In this document: in pieces, positions 49,743-59,500 of the stretch
Layout: the number at the start of each line of letters is the position of its first letter
Numbering within the stretch: position 1 is the stretch's first letter
From: Flavobacterium sp.
GTDB lineage: Bacteria; Bacteroidota; Bacteroidia; Flavobacteriales; Flavobacteriaceae
NCBI RefSeq assembly: GCF_046073885.1
Contig: NZ_JBJTND010000021.1
Location: 14,869-78,868, forward strand
DNA length: 64,000 nucleotides
Reading direction: 5' to 3'
Position numbers and translations under genes: made by a program
The notes under the pieces: model-generated
The model's database searches: none
Told to the model about the DNA's origin: nothing
Seen by the model: only the letters and a program-made list of their open reading frames with translations

Positions 49743-49840
49743 TATATGTAATTAGATATAAATTTGCGCAAATATACAATATTATATGTAATTAGATATA
49801 ATTTATTGATTTTATTTATATTTATATGTATAAACATATA
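49741..49840. promoter_or_regulatory. hipB-proximal operator/promoter array
   Basis: An identical 20-mer, ATTATATGTAATTAGATATA, occurs at 49741-49760 and 49781-49800. A third palindrome, TATATGT-ATAA-ACATATA, lies at 49823-49840. A perfect palindrome, ATTTGCGCAAAT (49762-49773), carries back-to-back TAnnTTTG boxes (plus strand 49759-49766, minus strand 49769-49776). Confidence 0.6.
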
Positions 49841-49871
49841 GTGTTTGAAAAATATGACTCAATATTGATAA

Positions 49872-49966
49872 ATGCTGTGATTTAAATGTTTTATTACCGC
49901 AAAAATGCGGTGATTAATTCAAATGATAATTCAGAAATCACTTTAGTTTAAATACTTCACAGCATC
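49872..49966. repeat. ~95 bp element bounded by the 9-bp inverted repeat ATGCTGTGA / TCACAGCAT, with internal hairpins
   Basis: Terminal inverted repeat plus adjacent TTTAAA arms, an internal CCGCA-AAA-TGCGG hairpin and a GTGATT/AATCAC pairing. Confidence 0.5.
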
Positions 49967-49989
49967 TCAAAAAATCGATTCAAAACCAA

Positions 49990-50022
49990 GGGGCTACGGG
50001 TACGACTTCTTCTTTCTCCGCG
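49990..50022 (+). repeat. Degenerate tRNA-Ser T-arm/acceptor fragment (junction of islands A and B)
   Basis: GGGGCTACGGGTACGACTTCTTCTTTCTCCGCG compared with the tRNA sequence GGGGGTTCGAATCCCTCTTTCTCCGCG. Confidence 0.75.
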
Positions 50023-50226
50023 AAAAGCATGTTTCAAAAGAAATATAAAATTTCAAAAACCCTTTAAAAATCAGTGTTTGAAGGGTTTTTTAGTTTTTGA
50101 CACTATGTCAAAAAACACATAAAAACGCATAATTTAGTTTCTCTATTGGGTTTTAGGGCAAAATAGGGTAACTAAATCTTCAATTTCCTTTGTATATATA
50201 AGGGCTAACGCGATTTGTAATTTTAA
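50011..50226 (+). repeat. Long direct repeat, copy 2
   Basis: Same order of elements as 46644-46870: core, small hairpin, terminator hairpin, TTGACA-CTA-TGTCAA palindrome (50097-50111), AATAGGGTAACTAA, TAAGGGCTAACGCGATTT. No integrase ORF follows. Confidence 0.85.
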
Positions 50227-50340
50227 ATAAACTAAGGAATCACTCTATTGAAGGATTGTCAAATATATTCTATCTATACAAAAAAATTTAATTTTAATTT
50301 TCTAATTATGCTTTTATGTTTTATCTAAACTATTTTTATA

Positions 50341-50366
50341 TAAATTTGTATAGTGAACACTCACTA
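50341..50366 (+). promoter_or_regulatory. Candidate tetR promoter plus operator
   Basis: TAAATTTG -7 box (50341-50348), followed immediately by the palindrome TAGTGA-ACAC-TCACTA (50351-50366). The ATG is at 50377. Confidence 0.5.
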
Positions 50367-50376
50367 ACTTATAATT

Positions 50377-50964
50377 ATGACAGGAATTACTTCAAAAAGG
50401 CAACAAGAAATTATAGAATCCGCGGGAAAACTTTTGATTGAAAAAGGAATCAAAGGATTAACTACAAAGAATTTAGCACAAGAAATGGCATTTTCAGAGA
50501 GTGCACTTTATAGACACTTTAAAAATAAAGAAGATATAATTTTATTATTATTGGAATATTTAGGAAACAATATTAAAGAGAGATTGAATCTTATAGTAAA
50601 TAATAATGAAACTTCAATAGAGAAATTAAATAAGTTATTCCAAAGTCAATTTCATTTTTTTAGTGAAAACCCTCACTTTGTTGTAGCAATATTATCTGAA
50701 GGTTTATTAGATGAATCGGAAAAAATAAATCAATCCATTATGAAAATTATTCATTTTAAAATGCAATTGATATCTAGCATTATTGATGTTGGCAAAAAAA
50801 ATAATGAGTTTATAGATGATGTTAATACACAAGATATCGTTCACATTCTTATGGGAAGCTTCAGAATGATGATATTAAAATGGAAATTCTCAAAATTTGA
50901 AATCGATTTGTTAGATAAAGGAAATAATATTATGAATTCAACCATAAAAATAATATCGAAATGA
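50377..50964 (+). CDS. TetR/AcrR family transcriptional regulator
   Basis: N-terminal HTH (GIKGLTTKNLAQEMAFSESALYRHFKNKEDI). 195 aa. ATGA overlap with the next gene. Confidence 0.85.
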   Translation: MTGITSKRQQEIIESAGKLLIEKGIKGLTTKNLAQEMAFSESALYRHFKNKEDIILLLLEYLGNNIKERLNLIVNNNETSIEKLNKLFQSQFHFFSENPHFVVAILSEGLLDESEKINQSIMKIIHFKMQLISSIIDVGKKNNEFIDDVNTQDIVHILMGSFRMMILKWKFSKFEIDLLDKGNNIMNSTIKIISK

Positions 50965-52046
50965 GAAAATTACTATCCATTATTATAGTTATCAGCCTAT
51001 TTTCTTGTAAAAACTCAATAGAAATTAAACCCACAATTCGAGATGTTCAAGAATTAGTTTTTGCATCGGGACAATTAGAATGGGATGATTCTTATAGTCT
51101 GACAGCTCAAACTGAAGGTGTTTTGCAAAATGCAAATTTTGATATAGGCAATATAGTTATCAAAGGGGATACTATTGCAAATATAGACAATAAAAACAGT
51201 CAAATAAATGCAGAAACATCAAGAGAACAATTATTAATATCAAATAATAATGTTTCAATAAATGCACCTGCATTATTACAATTAGAACAAAATATTCAAT
51301 TCGCTGAAAGCAAATATCTTCAAGATAAAAAGCAAGCAGAACGCTATGAACGATTGAATCAGCAAAATATAGGTTCAAAAGTTGAATATGAAAATGTGCA
51401 ATTGGCATGTAAAAATTCATTATCAAATTTAAATTCCTTAAAAAATCAATACCGTGTTATTTTACTTCAAGCCAAACAACAGCAAATAGCTGCATTAGGT
51501 CAATTAAAAAATAATCAGGTAATTAGGAGTTACAATTCAATAATTGTAACTGAAGGAGGGACGGTTATTAAAAAACTAAAAAATAGTGGTGATTATGTGA
51601 AAAAAGGAGAAATCATTGCAGTCATTGCAAATCAGACAAAAGTTGAAGCTGTATTAAACGTTGATGAAAAAAGCATAGGAAAGGTAAAGTTGGGACAAGT
51701 CGTATACATCAAACTTAATACTGATAAAAATAATTTGATTTGTGGTAAAGTTTCTGAAATACTTTCTGCGTTTGATGAAGGAACACAATCATTTATCTGT
51801 AAAGTTAAATTTGACAAACTAATTAAAAACTCATTTTTCGGAACACAATTGGAAGCTAATATTTTGGTAGGGGAAAAGAAAAATGCTTTACTGATCCCAA
51901 GAAATTATGTTGGTTTTGGAAACAAAGTTAATATAAAAGGGAAAGAGATGGATATAATCATAAAACCAGGAATTGTCTCAACAGAATATGTAGAAGTATT
52001 AGAAGGAGTAACTAAAGAAGATGTTCTTTTACCATTAAAGCCATAA
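50961..52046 (+). CDS. HlyD-family periplasmic adaptor (membrane fusion) lipoprotein
   Basis: Lipoprotein signal (ISLFSC), a central coiled-coil-like Q/N-rich region and beta-barrel-type C-terminal segments. Its position ahead of the FtsX permease and ATPase is MacA-like. Confidence 0.7.
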   Translation: MRKLLSIIIVISLFSCKNSIEIKPTIRDVQELVFASGQLEWDDSYSLTAQTEGVLQNANFDIGNIVIKGDTIANIDNKNSQINAETSREQLLISNNNVSINAPALLQLEQNIQFAESKYLQDKKQAERYERLNQQNIGSKVEYENVQLACKNSLSNLNSLKNQYRVILLQAKQQQIAALGQLKNNQVIRSYNSIIVTEGGTVIKKLKNSGDYVKKGEIIAVIANQTKVEAVLNVDEKSIGKVKLGQVVYIKLNTDKNNLICGKVSEILSAFDEGTQSFICKVKFDKLIKNSFFGTQLEANILVGEKKNALLIPRNYVGFGNKVNIKGKEMDIIIKPGIVSTEYVEVLEGVTKEDVLLPLKP

Positions 52047-52048
52047 TA

Positions 52049-53272
52049 ATGAATATTAATTCAACAATTGCTAAAACCTATATTTTTTCAAATAAAAAAC
52101 TAACTGCAATTTCTGTTTTAGGAGTTGTATTAGGTATGTCAATTTATATTTTTATGAATTGTATGATGGTTGGTTTTGACAAAAGTTCTAATAATTCTAT
52201 TTTTAAATCTACACCTCACATTAAGGTTTATCAAGGCGAAGAAATCAGCAAGCCTTTGATTGAAAAATCGAATGAATTACCCTTGATAATAAATCCGAAA
52301 ATTGTTCCTGTTAACAATGCAATTCATAATCCAAATTTGGTTGTAAAATCCATTTTAAGACAGAGAGGAGTTACTCTTGTATCTCCTCAAGTCAGCTCTA
52401 GTGTCTTTTATAATAATGGAAAATCACAAATTTCAGGAATTTCAGTAGGCATAATACCTGATCAAGCGGATCATATGTACGATATTAAATCGTTTATGGT
52501 TGAAGGAAATTTTGATTTATTAAAATCTATACAAAACGGAATTGTTATAGGAAGTGGAATTTCAGAAAAAATGAATTTAGGAATCAACGATAATTTGAAT
52601 TTAACTTCTTCTAAAGGAATAAATATTAACTTTAAAGTGATTGGTATTTATAAAACTAATAATTCATTAGTAGATAAAACAATGTCTTATGTTAATATTG
52701 CAACTGCTCAACAACTTTTAAATCAAGGGAGTAATTATATCACGGAAATTAATGTAAACGTTTTTGATCCAGAACAAGCTGAAAATATAGCTCAAAAAAT
52801 TGAATATTTAACAGGTTATAAATCAGAAGGGTGGAAGCAGGCTAATGAGACAATTATGGCTACGAGTAAAATGCGTAAAATAGTCATTACGTTTGTTTCA
52901 TTGACTATTTTATTAGTGGCAGGTTTTGGAATTTATAATATCTTAAACATGACAGTGTCTCAGAAAATAAACGATATAGCAATTCTTAAAGCTATGGGTT
53001 TTAAAGGGAAAGATGTAATTAAAATTTTTGTAACTCAAGCTGTTTCTATTGGAATTATGGGAGTAATTGGTGGAATTATTTTAGCCATAATATTAATAAC
53101 CTTTTTGAAAAAAGTTTATATAGGTGGAGATACAGGTTATTTTCCAATTGATTATGAATTTAATAAAATTGCTCAAGGTATATTAATTGGCTTAGTAATT
53201 ACTTTTTTTGCAGGTTATATACCTGCTAAAAAAGCTGCAAATGTTGACCCTGTAGAAATTTTAAGAAAATAG
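52049..53272 (+). CDS. ABC transporter permease, FtsX/MacB-type (MacB_PCD plus FtsX domains)
   Basis: 407 aa. One N-terminal TM helix, a large periplasmic domain and three C-terminal TM helices ending in AAKKAANVDPVEILR, typical of the LolCE/MacB family. Confidence 0.85.
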   Translation: MNINSTIAKTYIFSNKKLTAISVLGVVLGMSIYIFMNCMMVGFDKSSNNSIFKSTPHIKVYQGEEISKPLIEKSNELPLIINPKIVPVNNAIHNPNLVVKSILRQRGVTLVSPQVSSSVFYNNGKSQISGISVGIIPDQADHMYDIKSFMVEGNFDLLKSIQNGIVIGSGISEKMNLGINDNLNLTSSKGININFKVIGIYKTNNSLVDKTMSYVNIATAQQLLNQGSNYITEINVNVFDPEQAENIAQKIEYLTGYKSEGWKQANETIMATSKMRKIVITFVSLTILLVAGFGIYNILNMTVSQKINDIAILKAMGFKGKDVIKIFVTQAVSIGIMGVIGGIILAIILITFLKKVYIGGDTGYFPIDYEFNKIAQGILIGLVITFFAGYIPAKKAANVDPVEILRK

Positions 53273-53274
53273 AA

Positions 53275-53946
53275 ATGAATATTTTAGAAACAAAAAATAT
53301 AAATAAGTTGTTTTACGAGCCAACTAAATTTCAAGTATTGAAAGATATTACTATTGATGTGAAAAAAGGAGAATTTCTTTCAATGGTTGGAAAATCGGGT
53401 AGTGGTAAGTCTACACTTTTATATGTACTATCAACTATGGATACTGATTATAAAGGTGATTTGTATATTGATAATAAGTTAATGACTGGTTTATCAACCG
53501 ATAAATTAGCAGATATTAGAAATGAAAAAATTGGGTTTGTTTTTCAATTTCACTACTTACTTCCAGAATTTTCATGTTTAAAAAATGTAATGATTCCTGC
53601 ATTAAAATTAAATAAATATTCAGAAAAAGAAATTGAGCATCAAGCTTATAAAAAATTAGAAATATTGGGATTACAAGACCAAGCATTAAAACCAGCAAGT
53701 AAACTTTCAGGTGGACAGCAACAAAGAGTTGCTATTGCTAGAGCTTTAATTAATGATCCGATATTAATTATGGGTGATGAACCAACAGGAAATCTTGATA
53801 GTAAAAATACTTCAATTGTTTTTGATATTTTTCAAGAATTAACTCAAAATTTTGGACAAACAATTATTGCGGTAACACACGATGATGATTTTGCTCGTAA
53901 AAGTGATAGAATTATTGAATTGAAAGACGGTGAAATCATTCGTTAA
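53275..53946 (+). CDS. ABC transporter ATP-binding protein (MacB/LolD-type)
   Basis: Walker A GKSGSGKST, signature LSGGQQQRVAIARAL, Walker B IMGDEPTGNLD. Confidence 0.93.
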   Translation: MNILETKNINKLFYEPTKFQVLKDITIDVKKGEFLSMVGKSGSGKSTLLYVLSTMDTDYKGDLYIDNKLMTGLSTDKLADIRNEKIGFVFQFHYLLPEFSCLKNVMIPALKLNKYSEKEIEHQAYKKLEILGLQDQALKPASKLSGGQQQRVAIARALINDPILIMGDEPTGNLDSKNTSIVFDIFQELTQNFGQTIIAVTHDDDFARKSDRIIELKDGEIIR

Positions 53947-53986
53947 TTTAGTCTACGATGCTCTACGTATTCACAATGTCAAGAGA

Positions 53987-54012
53987 AAAGTGTTCAAATA
54001 ATTGAACACTTT
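53987..54012 (+). terminator. Hairpin plus T-run after the ABC ATPase gene
   Basis: AAAGTGTTCAA-ATAA-TTGAACACTTT followed by TTTT. Confidence 0.65.
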
Positions 54013-54030
54013 TTTTAATTTTTTTCCAAT

Positions 54031-54074
54031 GTAACACTTGTTACTGTTAAAGACTTTGTAGTGATCTATTTTTG
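54031..54074 (+). promoter_or_regulatory. Candidate tolC-RND promoter with upstream palindrome
   Basis: GTAACA-CT-TGTTAC palindrome (54031-54044) and TATTTTTG -7 box (54067-54074). The ATG is at 54098. Confidence 0.4.
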
Positions 54075-54097
54075 CTTCATAATTCAGATAAATAATT

Positions 54098-55411
54098 ATG
54101 AAAAAAACAAAATTGTTCCTATTAACCGCAACTTTCATTTGTTCCTACTTTGGTTTTAGTCAAGATACCTTGTCTATTTCAAAAAGTGAATTGTTGCAAA
54201 AAGTATCCGAGAAAAATTTACAAATTAAAATTGCGGAGAAAACTTTTCAGTCTGCCAAAGCAGATTACAATCAATCGCTCGCTTTGTTTATGCCAAACAT
54301 AGCAGTTTCCCATACCGGAATTTCAACGACTAATCCTTTAATGGCTTTTGGTTCAAAATTGAATCAGGAAATTTTAACCGCTTCCGATTTTAATCCTGCA
54401 TTATTAAACGATCCTGTAAAAACTCAAAATTTTGCTACCAAATTTGAAATCCAACAACCCTTAATTAATATTGATGGGATTTATGGAAGACAGGCCGCCA
54501 AATCTAAAATGGAAGCTTACCAATTGCAAACAGATAGAACAAAAGAATATCTTGAATTGGAAGTATCTAAATCTTATATGCAATTGCAATTGGCTTATAG
54601 AGCCGTAAAAGTTTTAGAAAAAGCAAATGCAACTGGAAAAGCCAATTTAAAATTAGTTCAAAACTATTTTCAACAAGGATTATTGCAAAAAACAGATTTG
54701 TTAAATGTACAGGTTCGAGTTAATGAAATTACTAATCAACTGCAGTATGCAAAAAGTAATATTCAAAATGCATCCGATTATTTAGCTTTCCTTTTAAATG
54801 AAGAAACTAAAGGCAAAACATATAAGCCTTCAGAGGAATTAGAAACTTCTATTTCCGTAGAAACGATAGCTGTTTCTTTATCAGAAAACAGAAAAGACAT
54901 TCAAGCAATGAATAAATCAACTACTGCTTATCAAAAAATGTATATGTCAAGTAAGATGAACTTTCTGCCTCGATTAAATGCTTTTGGAAGTTATGAATTA
55001 TATGACAAGAATTTCTTAGGTACTTCTGCTAAAGGATATTTAGTTGGAGCACAATTATCTTGGAATGTTTTTGACGGTTATAAATCAATTGGAAAAATGA
55101 ATAAAGCGAAAGCTGATTTTCAAAAAGCTGAAGTGGAAACTGAGCAATATAAAAAACAAAGTCAACTTGAATTAAATAAAACTAATCGTCAGTTAATTGA
55201 TGCTGAAAATAAAGTAACTCTATCGCAATTAGCTTTTGAACAAGCCAAGGAAGGATACAGAATTCGCCAAAATCGTTTCACTCAAGGTTTAGAAAAAACA
55301 ACCGATTTGTTACAATCAGAAACTCAAATGATTCAAAAAGAATTAGAACATTTACAAGCCGTATTCGAATATAATTTTACAAAAAACTATTTACAATTTT
55401 TAACAAAATAA
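54098..55411 (+). CDS. TolC-family outer membrane efflux protein
   Basis: 437 aa with a signal peptide and two repeated OEP-type coiled-coil/beta segments. Confidence 0.85.
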   Translation: MKKTKLFLLTATFICSYFGFSQDTLSISKSELLQKVSEKNLQIKIAEKTFQSAKADYNQSLALFMPNIAVSHTGISTTNPLMAFGSKLNQEILTASDFNPALLNDPVKTQNFATKFEIQQPLINIDGIYGRQAAKSKMEAYQLQTDRTKEYLELEVSKSYMQLQLAYRAVKVLEKANATGKANLKLVQNYFQQGLLQKTDLLNVQVRVNEITNQLQYAKSNIQNASDYLAFLLNEETKGKTYKPSEELETSISVETIAVSLSENRKDIQAMNKSTTAYQKMYMSSKMNFLPRLNAFGSYELYDKNFLGTSAKGYLVGAQLSWNVFDGYKSIGKMNKAKADFQKAEVETEQYKKQSQLELNKTNRQLIDAENKVTLSQLAFEQAKEGYRIRQNRFTQGLEKTTDLLQSETQMIQKELEHLQAVFEYNFTKNYLQFLTK

Positions 55412-55447
55412 AACATAATATTAAGTAATAAGATAAGTCAATATATC

Positions 55448-56536
55448 ATGAAAAAAACAATAACTATTCTAACAATATCTACCTTTTTATTTCTTTCATG
55501 TGGAAAAGAAAAAAAAGAAACAGCAACTAATAATGAACCAGCAATTGCTGTAAAAGTAAACGGAATTTCTGCAGATACTAATGGAGAATTTGTAACCGCA
55601 AGTGGGAAAATAGAAGCTGAAAATAGTGCCAATGTTTCAACTAGAATGATGGGCTATGTTACCAAAGTAAATGTGAAAGTGGGACAAAAAGTAAGTGCTG
55701 GGCAATTATTAGTAAGTATTAATAATAGTGATTTACAAGCAAAAAAAGCACAAGTAGATGCTTCAATTTTACAAGCAACTGCAGGTTATAATAATGCTAA
55801 AAAAGACTACGAAAGATTTACTATATTATTCAATCAGCAAAGTGCTTCCCAAAAAGAACTTGATGACATGACTTCGCGCTATGAAATGGCTAAAGCTGGT
55901 TTGGAAGGAGCTAGACAGATGCGTAATGAAGTTATGGCTCAGTTTTCCTATTCTAATATTACGGCGCCATTTTCGGGTGAAGTGACAAATACTTTTGTAA
56001 AAGAAGGTGATATGGCAAATCCTGGAATGCCTTTAGTAAGTATTGAAGGAGCATCCCATTTACAGGTAACAGCTATGGTTTCAGAAAGTGATATTTCGTT
56101 TATAAAAAATGGAATGAGTGTAAAAGTTCTTGTTAAATCGTTAAATCAAGAAGTTGCTGGAAAAGTTTCTGAAGTAAGTGGCTCAGCTAAAAATACAGGA
56201 GGACAATATTTAGTGAAAATCAATTTGACCAACCCAACTAAAGAAGTGCTTTCAGGAATGTTTGCTAATGTTCAATTTCCAATTGCTAACAGACCAAAAT
56301 CTACTTCAATTGCAATAGATAAAGTTCTTGTTCCCGAAAGTGCCTTAGTAAGACAAGGTCAACTAATAGGAGTTTATACCATTGCAAACGGGAATACTGC
56401 CTTGTTGAGATGGTTGCGAATAGGTAAATCATTTGGCAATCAAGTAGAAGTATTGTCGGGTTTGTCTGCTAATGAACAATACATTATTTCGGCAGATGGT
56501 AAATTATATAACGGAGCAAAAATTAGTATTCAGTAA
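55448..56536 (+). CDS. RND efflux periplasmic adaptor subunit (lipoprotein)
   Basis: Lipoprotein signal (FLFLSC). Biotinyl-lipoyl-like hairpin region (ITAPFSGEV), 362 aa. Located upstream of the RND permease. Confidence 0.85.
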   Translation: MKKTITILTISTFLFLSCGKEKKETATNNEPAIAVKVNGISADTNGEFVTASGKIEAENSANVSTRMMGYVTKVNVKVGQKVSAGQLLVSINNSDLQAKKAQVDASILQATAGYNNAKKDYERFTILFNQQSASQKELDDMTSRYEMAKAGLEGARQMRNEVMAQFSYSNITAPFSGEVTNTFVKEGDMANPGMPLVSIEGASHLQVTAMVSESDISFIKNGMSVKVLVKSLNQEVAGKVSEVSGSAKNTGGQYLVKINLTNPTKEVLSGMFANVQFPIANRPKSTSIAIDKVLVPESALVRQGQLIGVYTIANGNTALLRWLRIGKSFGNQVEVLSGLSANEQYIISADGKLYNGAKISIQ

Positions 56537-56571
56537 CGAATTTATTCTGAAACTTTAAACAATTTAAGATT

Positions 56572-59500
56572 ATGCAAGAAGGTATATCAGGTAAAATAGC
56601 ACACTTTTTCATCAACTCTAAATTGACCATTTTATTAATGGTTGGATTGATGATTATTGGTGTATACAGTTCATTTTTAATTCCAAGAGAAGAAGAACCA
56701 CAAATTAATGTTCCAATGGCCGACGTAATGATTGGCTATCCAGGAGCAAGTCCTAGTGAAGTAGAAAGTCGTGTAGTTAAACCATTAGAAAAAATACTCT
56801 CAAATATTAAAGGAGTAGAACATGTTCATAGTATGGCCATGAATGGTCAAGCTATGCTTATTGTACAATTTTATGTGGGTCAAGATGTTGAACGCTCGTA
56901 TGTGAAATTATACGACGAATTGGCAAAACACGAAAACATGTTTCCACAAGGGGTTTACAAACCAATGGTAAAAACCCGTTCTATTGATGATGTTCCAATG
57001 TTGGGATTAACCATTTGGAGTGAGAAATTAAATGATTTTGAAATACGTCAAATAGCTGAAGAAGTAACTTCAGAAGTTGAAAAGGTAAAAGATGTAGCTA
57101 TTACCCGAGAAATTGGAGGAAGGAACCGCCAAGTAAAAGTGGTTTTAGATAAAGATAAAATGGCCGAAAACGGTGTGGATGCTCTTGGAATTATGCAAAT
57201 GATTCAAGCCAATAATGGAAGTTCACAATCAGGGAGTTTTGTAAATAATGATAAAGAATACTTAGTTACAACAGGACAGTTTTTAAAATCTGCTGAAGAC
57301 ATTGAGAATTTAGTAGTTGGAGTCAATGCTAACTTACCAGTTTATTTGAAACAAGTTGCTAAAGTAGAAGACGGTCCTTCCACACCAAGTAGTTATGTTT
57401 CTTTTGGATATGGTAAAGCCAATGAGAAATTCAAAACCGCAAAATCAGAATATCCAGCGGTAACAATTTCTATCGGTAAAGTAAAAGGTGCCGATGCAAT
57501 GAAAATATCTGAGAAGATATTGGAACGCGTGGAGCATTTAAAGAAAACAATAATTACAGATGATGTTCATGTTGAGGTTACCCGTAATTATGGCGAAACA
57601 GCTTCTGATAAAGTGGGGGAATTATTACTTCACTTAGGAATTGCAATTATTGCCGTTACCTTTTTAGTGATTTTAGCTATGGGATGGCGCGGAGGATTGG
57701 TTGTATTCTTTTCAGTTCCGTTAACCTTTGCTTTGACTTTATTTGCTTACTATTTATTAGGATATACTTTAAATCGAATTACCCTTTTCGCTTTGGTTTT
57801 CGTTGTTGGAATTGTGGTAGACGATAGTATTATTATTGCCGAAAATATGCACCGCCATTTCAAAATGAAGCGATTGCCATTCAAGCAAGCAGCAATTTAC
57901 GCTATAAACGAAGTAGGAAATCCAACTATTTTGGCAACCTTTACAGTTATTGCTGCAATCCTTCCAATGGCATTTGTGTCAGGAATGATGGGCCCTTATA
58001 TGAGTCCTATGCCAATTGGAGCCTCCATTGCTATGTTACTTTCGTTATTTGTGGCATTAACAGTAACCCCTTATTTAGGATACCATTTATTACAAGAAAA
58101 AGAAGATCAAAAACACAAAGAAGAACAAGGATTAGAAACCAATTGGGTTTATAAGATCTACAATAAACTGGAACGTCCATTATTAGAAAGCAGTAAAAAA
58201 CGACGAATTTTAGTTGGACTTACTGTAGTTTTATTAATTGGATCGGTAATGATGTTTTTCACCAAGTCGGTAATTGTAAAAATGTTGCCATTTGATAATA
58301 AAAATGAATTCCAAGTTGTAGTTGACATGCCCGAAGGTACAACTCTTGAAAGAACTGCAGCCGTAACTCAAGAAATTGCGCAATACCTTTCTACCGTTCC
58401 TGAAGTGGTGAATTATCAAAATTATATTGGAACTTCCGCACCAATTACCTTTAACGGATTGGTTCGTCATTATGACATGCGAGGTGGTAGTAATATGGCC
58501 GATATCCAAGTGAATTTATTGCATAAAGAAGAACGCGATATGCAGAGCCACGGAATTGCCAAAGAAGTACGACCTCAAATTCAAAAGATTGCTAAAAAAT
58601 ATGGTGCCAATGTAAAAATCATTGAAGTTCCGCCAGGGCCTCCGGTATTGTCAACTTTGGTTGCCGAAATTTATGGGCCAGATTATAAAGACCAAATTAA
58701 AGTAGCCAATCAAGTTAAAACAATTTTAGAAACTACATCGGATATCGTAGATGTAGATTGGATGACAGAACACAACCAAACAGAATACAAACTAGAAGTT
58801 GATAAAGAAAAAGCAATGCTTAACGGAATTGCTCCACAACAAGTGGTTGGAAATTTAACTTATTTGTTAAAAGAATATCCAATTTCAAATCTGTATGATG
58901 AAAATTCTAATGATAATGTTGGTATAGTTCTTTCCCTTGACGATAAAGATAAAACGAGCTTGCAAGACATTCAAAATTTGAAAATAAAAGGAAGTCGTGG
59001 TAATGTTGTTCCTGTTAGTGATTTGGTTAAAGTAGTTAAAGACACTTTGCAAAAAACGATTTATAGAAAAGACCAAAAAAGGGTGGTTTATGTAACGGCT
59101 GATATGGCCGGAGCACTAGAAAGTCCTGTGTATGCTATTTTAGGAATGAATGAAAAACTTCAAAAAATGCATTTACCAAAAGGATATAAAGTAAACGAAT
59201 TATACATGGATCAACCAACCGATGAAAGTGATTTTACCGTAAAATGGGATGGTGAATGGCAAATTACTCTAGAAGTTTTTAGAGATTTAGGATTGGCATT
59301 TATGATTGTAATTGTAATTATTTACATGCTGATTGTGGGTTGGTTTCAAAACTTTAAAACTCCAATGGTCATGATGATGGCAATTCCACTTTCGTTAATC
59401 GGAATTGTATTAGGACACTGGTTGTTAGGAGCTTTTTTTACTGCTACTTCATTCATTGGAATGATTGCGTTAGCCGGAGTCATGGTTAGGAACTCCGTAT

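Larger units (their letters stand above)
46644..50022. mobile_element. Island A: ~3.4 kb integrative mini-island (tyrosine integrase plus hipB/S/T-like operon) at tRNA-Ser
   Basis: Bounded by the tRNA 3' core TCTTTCTCCGCG (46644-46655) and its second copy (50011-50022). The integrase gene lies next to the tRNA-proximal end. Confidence 0.7.

Noticed and set aside
55438-55632. 64-aa minus-strand ORF overlapping the RND adaptor start; also 60272-60589 antisense to the methyltransferase, and 39951-40247 antisense to the GH20 start
   Set aside because: All are antisense to well-supported genes, hydrophobic or low-complexity, and without any supporting signal.
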